Shown here in pieces: positions 9,302 through 19,810 of a stretch of 64,000 nucleotides of DNA. The stretch comes from an uncultured Candidatus Saccharibacteria bacterium (GTDB taxonomy: Bacteria > Patescibacteriota > Minisyncoccia > Phycocordibacterales > Phycocordibacteraceae). The position numbers were made by a program, and so were the translations under genes. The stretch covers positions 147,434 to 211,433 of the forward strand of contig CAZSKX010000001.1 in assembly GCA_964607655.1 (NCBI GenBank), given 5' to 3'. Under the pieces are notes generated by a model. That model worked only from the letters and a program-made list of their open reading frames with translations. It had not been told where the DNA came from and made no database searches. The first letter of the stretch is position 1. Each line of letters starts with the position of its first letter.

Positions 9302-10264
9302 ATGGACTGGGAATCACTTCGAGATCTGACATTCAGAACACGCGCGATGCGCGAGATCGGGATCGCTCTTGTCTCGGCCTCGGTGGTCCTCGCACTCTTC
9401 GTCTTTCTCCCGATTAAGTTTGATACGTCCTCGGAAAACCCAGTGACGGTCACCAATGTAAATGATCGACCCAAGGTGATCGAGAACGCCTTCGCACAAG
9501 TCCCGCTCCATGCGAAGGCAGCGATTGTCTATGACCTCGTCACCGGCGAGACGCTCTATGCGAAAAATGCTGACGCGCAGCTCCCGCTCGCTTCGCTCAC
9601 GAAGCTCCTCGCGGTCTACGCGGCACTCGACACGCTCGCGCCGAACACGCCGGTGACGATCTCTCCGACTGCTACAGAAGTCGAGTATCCAAAGGCTTTT
9701 TCTGCAGGGCAGGTGCTCGCTCTTGGCGATCTCTCGCGCCTGACACTGACCGCTTCGCTTAATGACGGCGCAGCAGCGATCATCGAGACTGTGGCAGAGC
9801 AAAAACAGGTTTCAGAGGGGGAGGCGCTCGGACAGGCGGTGACGAACCTCAATCTCTCTCAGACCTTTGCGCTTAATGGCAGCGGGCTCGATATGAGCCA
9901 GACGCTCTCGGGTGCCTACGGGTCTGCTCGAGACATGGCACGTCTCGCGGGAGCGCTGGTCAACAAGGCGCCAGAGATCGCGGCTGCCACCGCGAAGAGC
10001 AAGGCCACAGCGAGGAGTCAGGGTGGAACAAGTTACCAAGTGGCGAACACCGACCCGCTCGTAGATAGCATTCCGAACCTGCTGCTCTCTAAGACCGGAT
10101 TTACCGATCTTGCCGGAGGCAATCTCGCGCTCGTGATCGACGTTGGCATTAATCATCCGGTGGCGATCATCATCCTCGGCTCCTCGAAGGAAGCACGCTT
10201 TACTGACGGGAGCGCGCTCATCGCCTCGACGTACGCCCACTTCGCCGGAGTTCCTTCGCTATGA
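9302..10264 (+). CDS. D-alanyl-D-alanine carboxypeptidase (serine-type PBP, S11)
   Basis: SLTK (SxxK), LNGSG (SxN) and KTGFT (KTG) motifs; N-terminal TM segment. Confidence 0.75.
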   Translation: MDWESLRDLTFRTRAMREIGIALVSASVVLALFVFLPIKFDTSSENPVTVTNVNDRPKVIENAFAQVPLHAKAAIVYDLVTGETLYAKNADAQLPLASLTKLLAVYAALDTLAPNTPVTISPTATEVEYPKAFSAGQVLALGDLSRLTLTASLNDGAAAIIETVAEQKQVSEGEALGQAVTNLNLSQTFALNGSGLDMSQTLSGAYGSARDMARLAGALVNKAPEIAAATAKSKATARSQGGTSYQVANTDPLVDSIPNLLLSKTGFTDLAGGNLALVIDVGINHPVAIIILGSSKEARFTDGSALIASTYAHFAGVPSL

Positions 10265-11331
10265 GCGACATACTTAAAGTTTTTATCCCCGCATCCACCG
10301 CGTTTGCGGTAGGGATCCTCTGTGCGCCCATCCTCACGCACTACCTCTACAAGTACAAGGTATGGAAGAAGTCAGTGGGAAAGACGGCTCTGGACGGCAC
10401 TCGTGCCGTCGAGTTTGAGAAGCTGCGCACTGAAGTGCATGCCGGCACCGAGACTTCAACCCCGCGCATGGGCGGCATTCTCATTTGGGCCACAGTTGCG
10501 CTCGTGACGGGCGGTATATGGCTGCTCGCGCGGCTTGCGCCGGGTTCAGTATTTGAGAAGCTCGACTTCTTAAGTCGTAGTCAGACCTGGATCCCGCTCT
10601 TCACGCTCCTCACGGGCGCTCTCATGGGCTTCGTGAACGATCTGCTCGACGTGCGTCCGTCTGGTGAGCGCGGCGTGCCACTCAAGGCACGCCTTATGTT
10701 TGTGGTCCTGATCTCCTCCTTTATCGGATGGTGGTTCTACTTCAAACTTGGAGTAACGTCACTTGGTATACCAGCCGACGGTGTACTCGAGATCGGCGTG
10801 CTCACGATACCGCTCTTTATCGCCATTACGCTCTTACTCTATGCGGGCGGGGTAATCGATGGAATCGACGGCCTCTCGGGGGGCGTGTTTGGTGCCGCCT
10901 TCACCGCATACGCTGGTATCGCGTACTTTCAGAGTCAGACAAACTTGGCGGCCTTTTGTGCAACGCTTGCGGGTGCGATCCTCGCGTTCCTCTGGTTTAA
11001 CATTCCTCCTGCACGCTTCTGGATGACTGAAACAGGCACCATGGGTCTTACGATGACTCTGGCGGCTGTCGCGTTTCTGACGGACACGTTGGGTGGGGGA
11101 TACGGCGTAGCCGCTCTCCCGGTGATTGCGCTTCCGCTCGTAGCGACCGTACTTTCAAACGTGGTTCAAGTGGTTTCGAAACGTTTTTGGGGAAAGAAAG
11201 TTTTTCGTATTGCGCCGCTCCACCACCATTTTGAAGCAATAGGATGGCCTTCGTATAAAGTCACAATGCGCTACTGGATTATCTCGATCATGTCAGCAAT
11301 TGCTGGGGTGACGATCGCGCTTTTGAAGTGA
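10261..11331 (+). CDS. mraY: phospho-N-acetylmuramoyl-pentapeptide transferase
   Basis: STPRMGG and APLHHHFEAIGW motifs in a multi-TM protein; start overlaps the upstream stop. Confidence 0.9.
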   Translation: MSDILKVFIPASTAFAVGILCAPILTHYLYKYKVWKKSVGKTALDGTRAVEFEKLRTEVHAGTETSTPRMGGILIWATVALVTGGIWLLARLAPGSVFEKLDFLSRSQTWIPLFTLLTGALMGFVNDLLDVRPSGERGVPLKARLMFVVLISSFIGWWFYFKLGVTSLGIPADGVLEIGVLTIPLFIAITLLLYAGGVIDGIDGLSGGVFGAAFTAYAGIAYFQSQTNLAAFCATLAGAILAFLWFNIPPARFWMTETGTMGLTMTLAAVAFLTDTLGGGYGVAALPVIALPLVATVLSNVVQVVSKRFWGKKVFRIAPLHHHFEAIGWPSYKVTMRYWIISIMSAIAGVTIALLK

Positions 11332-11332
11332 T

Positions 11333-12430
11333 ATGAGGCTTCTTCGCGGCGACCGAGTCTTTGTCTTCCTTGTGCTCGGGGTATCGCTTGCAGGACTCGC
11401 GATTTATTCATCCGCGGCGCTTGGTCTCCTCGCACGTGAAAACAGCACTGTCTCGCAGGACATTCTCCTCCAGTCGGGCTTAGGTTTTGGGCTTGGCCTT
11501 GTTGCGCTCATGGTCGTCCGGTCGGTCCCGCTTGCGTATATAAAGCAGATGGCGCCGTATGTGTACGGCCTAACGCTCCTCTTAACTGCGCTGGTGTTTG
11601 TTCCGGGAATTGGATTCAATGCTGGCGGCGCGACGCGCTGGATCAATCTCGGCTTCACCACCGTGCAGCCAGCAGAATTCTTGAAGATCGGGTACGTGCT
11701 CATGTTCGCGTCCTGGCTCGCCACGCACGCGCGCGAACTCAATAATCCCAAGAAGGGCGTGCTGCCGTTTCTCGGATTTCTTGCGGTGCCGGTCCTCTTG
11801 CTCCTCTTGCAACCGAACACTTCGACGACGATGTTGCTCGCCATGACCGGCGCGACGATGTACTTCGTCGCGGGCGCGCCGTGGCGAGACTTCGGCATAT
11901 TCGCGATTGGGCTAGCGTGTGTCTTCGTGGCGATCCTGATCGCGCGTCCGTATGTGCTCGAGCGCGTAAAGACCTTTATGGATCCTACCCAGAACTCGCT
12001 TGGAAGTGGGTATCAGATCCAGCAGGCCATGATCGCGATAGGTTCGGGTGGGCTTCTTGGGCGCGGCTTTGGACAGAGTGTCGAGAAGTTTAACTATCTC
12101 CCTGAGCCCGCGGGCGACTCGGTGTTCGCCGTGTTTGCCGAGGAAACCGGTTTTGTCGGAGCGATCGCGCTGCTTCTCGCGCTCGTGGCGCTCGTTGCCC
12201 GGGGCGTGGTGATCGCTTCGCACTCGCGCGACCTGTTTGGCGCGTTGGTGGCGCTTGGATTTTCTGCGCTGATCATCATTCAGGTCTTTATCAATATCTC
12301 AGCGATGGTTGGGATCATTCCGCTTACGGGTCTACCGCTTCCGTTTGTCTCCCACGGGGGTACGGCGCTCCTTGCCACTTTTGTCATGTGTGGACTGATC
12401 TTAAACGTGGCCTCGCATAAGCGAGCGTAA
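11333..12430 (+). CDS. ftsW: SEDS-family lipid II flippase/peptidoglycan polymerase FtsW
   Basis: QPAEFLKIGYVLMFASWLA (QPSEF motif) and position between mraY and murG. Confidence 0.85.
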   Translation: MRLLRGDRVFVFLVLGVSLAGLAIYSSAALGLLARENSTVSQDILLQSGLGFGLGLVALMVVRSVPLAYIKQMAPYVYGLTLLLTALVFVPGIGFNAGGATRWINLGFTTVQPAEFLKIGYVLMFASWLATHARELNNPKKGVLPFLGFLAVPVLLLLLQPNTSTTMLLAMTGATMYFVAGAPWRDFGIFAIGLACVFVAILIARPYVLERVKTFMDPTQNSLGSGYQIQQAMIAIGSGGLLGRGFGQSVEKFNYLPEPAGDSVFAVFAEETGFVGAIALLLALVALVARGVVIASHSRDLFGALVALGFSALIIIQVFINISAMVGIIPLTGLPLPFVSHGGTALLATFVMCGLILNVASHKRA

Positions 12431-12450
12431 ACTCTGGTATTGTTAAGCGT

Positions 12451-13593
12451 ATGACTATCGTTTTTACCGGAGGGGGAAGTGGGGGACACTTCTATCCGAT
12501 CATCGCTATTGCCGAGGCGATGAATGATGTCGTACGAGAAGAACATTTGATCGAGCCGATCTACTACTACTTGGCTCCCGAGCCTTTTGACCAGAACGCG
12601 CTGTTTGAAAACGGTATCGCGTTTATCAAGATCCCCGCAGGGAAGCGTCGGCGCTACTGGTCCATAAAGAATTTTACTGATCTCTTCGTCACGCTCTCAG
12701 GCTTTATCGCTTCAGTAGTAACGCTCTTTCGTATCTATCCAGATGTGGTGGTAAGCAAGGGTGGCTACGTGAGTGTCCCGGTGGTGCTCGCCGCGCGGCT
12801 CCTGCGTATTCCTGTCATCATCCACGAGTCAGACAGTAAGCCCGGGAAGGCGAACCTCATGGCGGCGAAGTTCGCGAAGAAGATTGCGATCTCGTTTGAG
12901 AGTGCGGCGGAATTCTTCCCGAAGCGGGTCCAGAACAAGATTGCGCGTACCGGGATCCCGATCCGTAAGGCGATCCTGCGCACCGAGCTCGAAGGAGCGC
13001 GTCAGTACCTCAAGCTCGAGCCAGGGATACCGACTATCGTGGTCCTCACAGGCTCTCTCGGAGCGGTGCGTCTAAACGACGCGATGGTGAGCTCGCTTCC
13101 CGCACTGGTCCCGTTCGCTAACGTCATCCACCAGACAGGTCCAAAAAATATTAAAGATACCGAAGCGCTCGCGCAGGTGGTCCTCGGTGATGATCCTCAC
13201 ACGAGCCGCTATCACCCCGTCGGCTTCTTAAACGAGCTTTCGTTGCAGCGCGCTGGAGGCGTGGCGGATCTTATCATTGCGCGCGCAGGGGCTACGACGA
13301 TCGCCGAGATTAGCCTCTGGAAGAAGCCGGCGATTCTGATCCCCATTCCCGAGTCGGTGAGCCACGATCAGCGTAGTAACGCCTACTCCTACGCGCGTAC
13401 GGGCGCGGCGGTCGTGATCGAAGAAGAAAACCTTACTCCGCACCTGCTCGCGTCAGAAATACAGCGGATCATTAAAAACAAGGAGCTCGCAGAGAAGATG
13501 GGTGCCGCCGCGGCGGGCTTCACCGATCCAGACGCGGCAAAGATCCTCGCGCAAGCAGTGCTCGCGATCGCCCTTAAGCACGAGGGCGCATAG
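12451..13593 (+). CDS. murG: UDP-GlcNAc--MurNAc-pentapeptide-undecaprenol GlcNAc transferase
   Basis: IVFTGGGSGGHFYPIIAIAEAM N-terminal glycosyltransferase motif. Confidence 0.9.
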   Translation: MTIVFTGGGSGGHFYPIIAIAEAMNDVVREEHLIEPIYYYLAPEPFDQNALFENGIAFIKIPAGKRRRYWSIKNFTDLFVTLSGFIASVVTLFRIYPDVVVSKGGYVSVPVVLAARLLRIPVIIHESDSKPGKANLMAAKFAKKIAISFESAAEFFPKRVQNKIARTGIPIRKAILRTELEGARQYLKLEPGIPTIVVLTGSLGAVRLNDAMVSSLPALVPFANVIHQTGPKNIKDTEALAQVVLGDDPHTSRYHPVGFLNELSLQRAGGVADLIIARAGATTIAEISLWKKPAILIPIPESVSHDQRSNAYSYARTGAAVVIEEENLTPHLLASEIQRIIKNKELAEKMGAAAAGFTDPDAAKILAQAVLAIALKHEGA

Positions 13594-13596
13594 GTT

Positions 13597-14925
13597 ATGG
13601 TAGTCACGCGCATTCCGCCATCTCCAACGGGTCGTTTACATATCGGCACGGCACGCACGGCACTCTTCAACTATCTTTTCGCGAAGCATGAGGGAGGTAC
13701 GGTCATCTTCCGCAGTGAAGACACCGATCGCGCCAGGAGCAAAAAGGAGTTTGAAGACGAGATCGTCGCGGGCCTTTCGTGGCTCGGGCTCTCCTGGGAT
13801 TCATTCTCGCGCCAGAGCGAGCGAGGCGCGCGCTACAACGAACTTCTCGAACAGTTGGTGAGAGAAGGGAAGGCCTACGTCTCACGCGAGCCCGCTAAAG
13901 ATGATCCTTCACGCGAGGTCGAGGTGATCCGTCTTAAGAACCCGGGCACGTCGATCACGTTCGCCGACTTGGTTCGTGGTGACATCACCTTCGACACTGC
14001 AGAACTGGGCGATTTTGTCATAGCACGCTCGCTCACGGATGCGCTCTATCATTTCTCGGTTGTTGTTGACGACATGGACGGTGGCGTCACGCACGTGATC
14101 CGCGGAGAAGATCATATTTCCAATACACCGCGGCAGATTCTCATTCAAGAAGCCCTCGGTGCTGCGCGGCCTGCGTATGCGCACCTTCCGCTCATTCTCG
14201 ACGAGAAACGCGCCAAGCTCTCCAAGCGCAGCGGCACGGCAGTATCCATGGCTGATTATCAGGCCGAAGGATTCCTGCCCGAGGCGATCGTGAACTACCT
14301 TGCACTCCTGGGCTGGAACCCTGGTACGGGCGAAGAATACTTTTCTCTTGAGCAGCTCGTAGAGAAGTTCTCGCTTGAAGGTGTGCAGAAAGGTGGCGCG
14401 AGCTGGGATCGTACTAAACTCCTTTCGGTCAACCAGCACTGGCTGCGCAAATTGTCAGAAGATGAGTTTATCGCACAGGGCGACTTCGGCACTTCTGACC
14501 CGGTCATGCTGCGCAAGGTAGTGCCACTTCTTAAAGATCGTGCACACACCTTCGGTGAGGCGGCAGATATGCTCGCGGGAGAGCTGAGCGGCTTCTTTTC
14601 TGAACCAGAGCTCGATAAAGACAAGCTTCTCGCCAAGGAGCCTACAGACCGCCCGGGCCTCACGATCTTGGCTCTAGAAGCCCTTCTAGAGGCTGTAAAA
14701 GCCTTGCCTGACGCCGCTTCAGTCGAAGGGGTAAAGGAGGCGCTTATGCCGCTCGCCGACGCAGAAGAGGCAAAGGGGAAGGGGGGCAGGGGAGGGGTGC
14801 TTTGGCCCTTACGCTATGCGCTCTCGGGGCAGGAACGTTCACCGGACCCGTTTACTCTGGTCGCACTGCTTGGTAAGGATGAAGCGGTAAAACGGATCGG
14901 AAAAGCTATTGGTATACTAGAGTGA
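13597..14925 (+). CDS. gltX: glutamyl-tRNA synthetase
   Basis: PSPTGRLHIGTARTALFNYLFA and KLSKRSG (KMSKS). Confidence 0.9.
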   Translation: MVVTRIPPSPTGRLHIGTARTALFNYLFAKHEGGTVIFRSEDTDRARSKKEFEDEIVAGLSWLGLSWDSFSRQSERGARYNELLEQLVREGKAYVSREPAKDDPSREVEVIRLKNPGTSITFADLVRGDITFDTAELGDFVIARSLTDALYHFSVVVDDMDGGVTHVIRGEDHISNTPRQILIQEALGAARPAYAHLPLILDEKRAKLSKRSGTAVSMADYQAEGFLPEAIVNYLALLGWNPGTGEEYFSLEQLVEKFSLEGVQKGGASWDRTKLLSVNQHWLRKLSEDEFIAQGDFGTSDPVMLRKVVPLLKDRAHTFGEAADMLAGELSGFFSEPELDKDKLLAKEPTDRPGLTILALEALLEAVKALPDAASVEGVKEALMPLADAEEAKGKGGRGGVLWPLRYALSGQERSPDPFTLVALLGKDEAVKRIGKAIGILE

Positions 14926-16269
14926 ATGATTCGTCACGCACTGTCGTTACTCTTGGTGGTCGGAGTGTGTTTCGGTGGTGCGCTATCGCTCGCGCAAGAG
15001 GCGCGTGCCGCTACGGCAGAGGAGATCAAAGCACAGATCGACCAGCACAACTCACAGATCAAAGCGCTCGAGGCTGATATTGCCAAGTATCAACGCGAGC
15101 TCGACGCACTCGGTTCTCAGAAGAATACTCTGCAGTCGACGATTAGCGGGCTCACCATCACCCAGAAGCAGCTGGCGAGTAAGATCCAAGTGAGTCAAAA
15201 TAATATCGCTTGGGTAAATAAAGAAATCGGCAAACTAACCCTCTCCATCGGAGACAAGGAGGCGGCGATCACCACCAGCCAAGTAGCGATCGGGAAGGCT
15301 CTCCGTTTAATAGCAGAAGCAGATAACGTCTCGCTTATTGCACAGGTTGTCTCGGCAGATAACATTAGCGAGGCTTGGCAGCGCGCTGACGAAGCGGTCC
15401 AGTTTAATCGCGCACTGGGCGAGAACATTGCAAGCCTGCGTACGGTGCGTACCGAGCTCTCGAGCAACCGCGATGAACAACAAGAAAAAAGAGAAGAACT
15501 CATCTCGCTGCAGAAGGTTCTCGCTCAGCAGAAGCGCTCGGTAGACGCGAACAAGCTCGCACAACAACAGCTCCTCACGCAGACTCAAAACAAAGAAGCC
15601 AACTATCAAGCGCTTATCGCGCAGAAGAAGGCGGCCGAAGCCTCTTTCGCACAGCAGCTCGTCACGCTCCAAGAGCAGCTGAACCTCATCGTGAATCCCG
15701 GATCGCTGCCGCGGGTAGGGAAGGGGGTGATCAGTTGGCCCTTCACGCTAGCGTTTATGAATAACTGCGCTACGCGTAGCGGATATTTTGGTAATAAATT
15801 CTGCGTCACACAGTACTTTGGCAATACGCCGTTCTCGACCGCTAATCCGCAGGTCTACAACGGCAAGGGACACAACGCGATCGACATCGCGGCGCCGATC
15901 GGCACGCCGGTGGTCGCGGCGCTCTCGGGAACCGTTTTGGACACGGGCAATACCGACCTTGCACGCGGCTGTTACTCATTCGGTAAGTGGGTGATGATTA
16001 AACACAACAACGGATTAAATACGCTCTATTCGCACCTCTCGACAATCGACGTGGGGAAGGGGCAGCAGGTGGGAACCGGACAAACCATCGGGCTGTCGGG
16101 CATGACCGGCTACGCCACCGGCCCACACCTCCACTTCGGCGTATACGCCACTGAAGGAACGCAGATCATGACGCTTGGACAGTTCCGCAATGCCACGGGC
16201 GGCTGTGCCAACGCCAAAATGCCCGTCGCCACTCTCACCGCGTACCTCAACCCGATGTCGTACCTCTAA
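14926..16269 (+). CDS. M23/LytM-family peptidase with an N-terminal coiled coil (EnvC-like)
   Basis: Signal segment, long Q/L/A-rich coiled coil, and C-terminal GHNAIDIAAPIGTPV...GPHLHFGV M23 motifs. Confidence 0.8.
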   Translation: MIRHALSLLLVVGVCFGGALSLAQEARAATAEEIKAQIDQHNSQIKALEADIAKYQRELDALGSQKNTLQSTISGLTITQKQLASKIQVSQNNIAWVNKEIGKLTLSIGDKEAAITTSQVAIGKALRLIAEADNVSLIAQVVSADNISEAWQRADEAVQFNRALGENIASLRTVRTELSSNRDEQQEKREELISLQKVLAQQKRSVDANKLAQQQLLTQTQNKEANYQALIAQKKAAEASFAQQLVTLQEQLNLIVNPGSLPRVGKGVISWPFTLAFMNNCATRSGYFGNKFCVTQYFGNTPFSTANPQVYNGKGHNAIDIAAPIGTPVVAALSGTVLDTGNTDLARGCYSFGKWVMIKHNNGLNTLYSHLSTIDVGKGQQVGTGQTIGLSGMTGYATGPHLHFGVYATEGTQIMTLGQFRNATGGCANAKMPVATLTAYLNPMSYL

Positions 16270-16271
16270 TA

Positions 16272-17042
16272 ATGGAACTCAAAATCTTACAGTGGAATAT
16301 AGGCGGTGGGTTCATCCGAAATGCAGAAGACGACGTCATGACTCCTGGGATTTATTGCCATGACAATTTTCAATGCGTTATTGACTTCGTTAAACAAACA
16401 CAACCTGACATAATCGCCCTCCAGGAGTCGCACGCAAAAGAGGAAGGTGTACAGGCCGAGCAGTTAGCAAAGGCTCTTGGATATACCTCTTGGGTTAATG
16501 ACCCCTGTGACGACTCGCACATAGATCCCGCAGCTAAACTGTCGCAATCGATCATTTCTCGCTTTCCAATTACTTCGCATCGATTCGACTCGTTTCTCAA
16601 TCCGCACTGGACGCGGCAAGAGGGAGAGAATAAGTACCATTCTCACGAGAAAGGCATGACCACCTGTGAGCTGTCTGTCGACAACAGCACATTAGTCGTC
16701 CAGACGCTTCACGCCGTTCCGTTCAATAACTTCTTTAGCGTTCATCCAGGCAGCCCCGAGGCCGAGCCGGTGCGTGCTAGTATGGCAGTCTGTGTGCGGC
16801 CACGCGATGGTCAGTCATATGTATTGGCGGGAGATTTTAATATTGATCAAGGGCCATTGTCCGATTTTTTCCCGACACTGAAGGAAAAGGGGATAGAGGA
16901 GTTCGAACTAGATACACCAACAACTCCCAAGGGACGACATTTTGATCACGTCCTTTATCGTGACCTCACACCGGTAAGCATCAGTTCTGATCAAACTGTA
17001 TTAACCGATCACTATCCAGTTATCGCAACATTTTCTTTTTAG
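16272..17042 (+). CDS. endonuclease/exonuclease/phosphatase (EEP) family protein
   Basis: LQWNIGGG, DIIALQESH, GDFNIDQ and DHYPV motifs; about 48% GC. Confidence 0.75.
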   Translation: MELKILQWNIGGGFIRNAEDDVMTPGIYCHDNFQCVIDFVKQTQPDIIALQESHAKEEGVQAEQLAKALGYTSWVNDPCDDSHIDPAAKLSQSIISRFPITSHRFDSFLNPHWTRQEGENKYHSHEKGMTTCELSVDNSTLVVQTLHAVPFNNFFSVHPGSPEAEPVRASMAVCVRPRDGQSYVLAGDFNIDQGPLSDFFPTLKEKGIEEFELDTPTTPKGRHFDHVLYRDLTPVSISSDQTVLTDHYPVIATFSF

Positions 17043-17132
17043 TTTTGCGCAGTATGAAGATCGCTCTTGGCGAGCCGAGATTTATACAGGAGAGTAGGGG
17101 AGTCACCGATTTCAACATTGTATACTTAGCTC

Positions 17133-17327
17133 ATGCTTAAGCTCATCTTCTGGATCGTCATACTCGCGCTCGCGCTCTCATACTTTGGCATCTCGATCCA
17201 ATCCATCATCAACTCCCCTACTGGCCAAGAGAATTTTGGCTACCTCCTTTCATTGTTCCAAATCGGTTGGGAATGGCTCAAGGGATTCTTCTTAGGAATC
17301 TATTCTTTCATCACGGGATTGTTTTAG
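17133..17327 (+). CDS. small hydrophobic protein
   Basis: 64-aa ORF with two TM segments in the low-GC islet; weak evidence. Confidence 0.3.
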   Translation: MLKLIFWIVILALALSYFGISIQSIINSPTGQENFGYLLSLFQIGWEWLKGFFLGIYSFITGLF

Positions 17328-17502
17328 GTCCTAAACGCTGCAGGGTAGTGAGATAGACATTCGTATCAGCCGATAAGCGCTATAGGAATCCCTGGAATAA
17401 GTGCGCAAAAGGTATATTGTGCGCACTTTAGCTACAGCGGAGAGGGGCTCTCTCGAGCCCAATCCCTGCTCTACCCCGGCCTATAGGGCCGTAAAATGGC
17501 CG

Positions 17503-18228
17503 CTAGCAGTTAACGTGTGACGTTATGTACTCGAACGCCTCGTCTACACTGTCGACGAGCTTATAGAGCTCCATGTCCTTCTCGTCGATCGCCTTACGAT
17601 CCTCATATACGGTCTTTTGGATAAAGTCTAAGAGAGGCTCCCAGTAATCCTTACCAAATAGGACGATGGGCACCTTACGGACCTTGCCGGTCTGTACGAG
17701 GGTCAGGATCTCAAAGAATTCGTCCAAGGTGCCAAATCCTCCGGGGAAACATACGTACACCTCAGAGGCATATACGAGCATCACTTTTCGTACGAAGAAA
17801 TGGTCGAAGCCGTAACGTTCGGTGACATAGGGATTGTAGTGTTGTTCGTGTGGAAGGTTGATGTTCAGACCGACTGATGGGCCACCTGCTTCAAAGGCTC
17901 CTTTATTTGCGGCCTGCATCACGCCCATCGAGCCGCCGCTGATGACCGCGAAGCCGGCCTTAGAGAGGCGCTGAGCCAGCTCGTAGACTTGAGCATAGGT
18001 GTGGGTGTCTGGTGCCGTTCGTGCGCTACCGAAAAAGGTAACAGCTAGGCCATATTTCTTTAATAAGTCAAAGCCTTCGACAAACTCGGCCATGATGCGG
18101 AAGAGACGCCACGACTCCATCTGGCGTGGCTTACAGACAAGGAGCGGGCGTTCGCCGGCGGCAGGAAGGGAACGCTGCCCTTCGTGGACAGCTTTAGAGA
18201 GTTGATCGCCGACCGCTTGAGGATCCAT
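17503..18228 (-). CDS. LOG-family protein (TIGR00730, cytokinin riboside 5'-monophosphate phosphoribohydrolase-like)
   Basis: GGSMGVMQAANKGA and PGGFGTLDEFFE motifs. Confidence 0.85.
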   Translation of the reverse strand: MDPQAVGDQLSKAVHEGQRSLPAAGERPLLVCKPRQMESWRLFRIMAEFVEGFDLLKKYGLAVTFFGSARTAPDTHTYAQVYELAQRLSKAGFAVISGGSMGVMQAANKGAFEAGGPSVGLNINLPHEQHYNPYVTERYGFDHFFVRKVMLVYASEVYVCFPGGFGTLDEFFEILTLVQTGKVRKVPIVLFGKDYWEPLLDFIQKTVYEDRKAIDEKDMELYKLVDSVDEAFEYITSHVNC

Positions 18229-18312
18229 CGCTCAAGTATAGCACCCTGCCCTGCCCTCCTATTGCGTTTTTACCCAAGTTTTGCTATAGTTCAGGCCATA
18301 ATCTAGAGCAAT

Positions 18313-18591
18313 ATGGCATCGACAAAAGCAGGCGGAACAGCGAAAAATCTAAACACATCAAACCCCAAATACTTGGGGGTTAAGCTTGCCGATGGCCAGG
18401 CGGCCCGTATCGGTAACGTGATCGTGCGCCAGCGCGGTACGAAGATCGAGGCTGGTAAGAATGTAAAGGTTGGCCACGACCACACCCTCTTCGCGATGGC
18501 AGACGGTACCGTCCACTTCCGCACTGCTCGCAAGACCGCCTTCACAGGCAAGATTTCTCGCAAGAAAGTCGTCGACGTCCTCGCGGCATAA
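18313..18591 (+). CDS. rpmA: 50S ribosomal protein L27
   Basis: [27 protein letters not shown]27 signature. Confidence 0.9.
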   Translation: MASTKAGGTAKNLNTSNPKYLGVKLADGQAARIGNVIVRQRGTKIEAGKNVKVGHDHTLFAMADGTVHFRTARKTAFTGKISRKKVVDVLAA

Positions 18592-18611
18592 ACGGTCGAA
18601 TCGTAAGTAAG

Positions 18612-18643
18612 AAAATGCCCTTCGAGGGCATTTTTGCTATACT
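18612..18643 (+). terminator. intrinsic terminator overlapping a TATACT -10 box for the downstream gene
   Basis: ATGCCC-ttcga-GGGCAT hairpin plus a T-run; TATACT lies 7 nt before the ATG at 18651. Confidence 0.55.
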
Positions 18644-18650
18644 CTGACCA

Positions 18651-19283
18651 ATGCTCTCTGCAGCTCCTTTTATAGCGGTTGGTATTATCACGCTTCTTGC
18701 GGCGATGAGCCCTGGACCAGATTTTGCCGTCGTAGCGAAGAACAGTTTGATCGGTTCGAGAAAGGTTGGCCTCGCGACCGCGCTCGGTATCGAGCTCGGC
18801 ATCTGGGTGCACTTGGCTTATATTTTGGCCGGGGTTGGTCTTATCGTCTCACAATCGATAATGCTCTTCTCGGTTATTAAATACTTGGGAGCACTCTACC
18901 TCTTGTATATGGGTGTTAAACTCTTGTTCGCAAAAAAGGAGAATCATGAGTCACATGAGCCGCTCCCGACAGAGGAACTGTCAGCGTGGGCGGCCTTTCG
19001 AGAAGGATTCTTCACCAACGTTCTTAATCCGAAAGCGACGCTGTTTTTCCTCAGCGTATTTACCCAGATTGTCGAGCCGTCGACGCCGTTTTTTGTTCAG
19101 GCCCTGATAGGCGTGGAGGTGGCGGTGGTTGTAGGAATCTGGTTCATGCTGCTCTCGCTGTTTATCACCTACGGCCCCGTAAAAGGCGTCTTTAAGAGAG
19201 TGCATCACTACGTGATGAAAGTTATGGGCGGAGCACTTATTCTCTTTGGTATTAAACTCGCCGTTGCGACGAATCGGCAGTAA
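18651..19283 (+). CDS. LysE/RhtB-family amino-acid exporter
   Basis: Six-TM profile and N-terminal SPGPDF motif. Confidence 0.8.
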   Translation: MLSAAPFIAVGIITLLAAMSPGPDFAVVAKNSLIGSRKVGLATALGIELGIWVHLAYILAGVGLIVSQSIMLFSVIKYLGALYLLYMGVKLLFAKKENHESHEPLPTEELSAWAAFREGFFTNVLNPKATLFFLSVFTQIVEPSTPFFVQALIGVEVAVVVGIWFMLLSLFITYGPVKGVFKRVHHYVMKVMGGALILFGIKLAVATNRQ

Positions 19284-19290
19284 TAATTAG

Positions 19291-19330
19291 AAAACCCCCG
19301 GCCGCACGTGTGCGGCCGGGGGTTTTCTTT
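19291..19330. terminator. bidirectional intrinsic terminator
   Basis: AAAACCCCCGGCCGCAC-gtg-TGCGGCCGGGGGTTTTC between convergent genes. Confidence 0.8.
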
Positions 19331-19335
19331 AAGCA

Positions 19336-19779
19336 TTACTCAGCCTCGATAGTGATCGAGAACTTTCCAAACGTTTCGCCGGCAGAGACCGGGATCTCAA
19401 AGGTGCCGAGCTCCTTGATCGGCTTCTCGAGCTTGATGACTTCCTCGGGAAGGTCGATGCGTGCTTGCTCCTTGGCAGCTGCGCTGATCTCAGGAGTGCC
19501 GACAGCGTCGTAGAGGTGCCCCTTATCGTTGGCCTTCATCTTAATCACGATGCGAGCCTCGGCGAGTGACGCGATGTTCTGCTCGAGGAGCTTGTGGTCG
19601 AGCTCCTTGCGGGCTACTGCAGCTGTTACGCGGGTGCCGGCGGTCTTCATGGCGCCTATGGTTGCCGCGATAGCGAGCTTCTTAGGGATCAAATAATTAA
19701 GTGCGTAGCCGTCGGCTGTAGAGACCGTCTCGTAGGCGCGGCCAATTCCCTTCACGTCTTTAGTTAAAACAACCTTCAT
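19336..19779 (-). CDS. rplI: 50S ribosomal protein L9
   Basis: MKVVLTKDVKGIGRAYETVSTADGYALNYLIPKKLA. Confidence 0.9.
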   Translation of the reverse strand: MKVVLTKDVKGIGRAYETVSTADGYALNYLIPKKLAIAATIGAMKTAGTRVTAAVARKELDHKLLEQNIASLAEARIVIKMKANDKGHLYDAVGTPEISAAAKEQARIDLPEEVIKLEKPIKELGTFEIPVSAGETFGKFSITIEAE

Positions 19780-19810
19780 ATATATTGAATTATCTGCTCA
19801 CAGTACCCTA

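Noticed and set aside
17396-17428. Inverted repeat AAGTGCGCA...TGCGCACTT downstream of the LOG gene as a terminator
   Set aside because: 9-bp stem but no U-run in either orientation; left unannotated.
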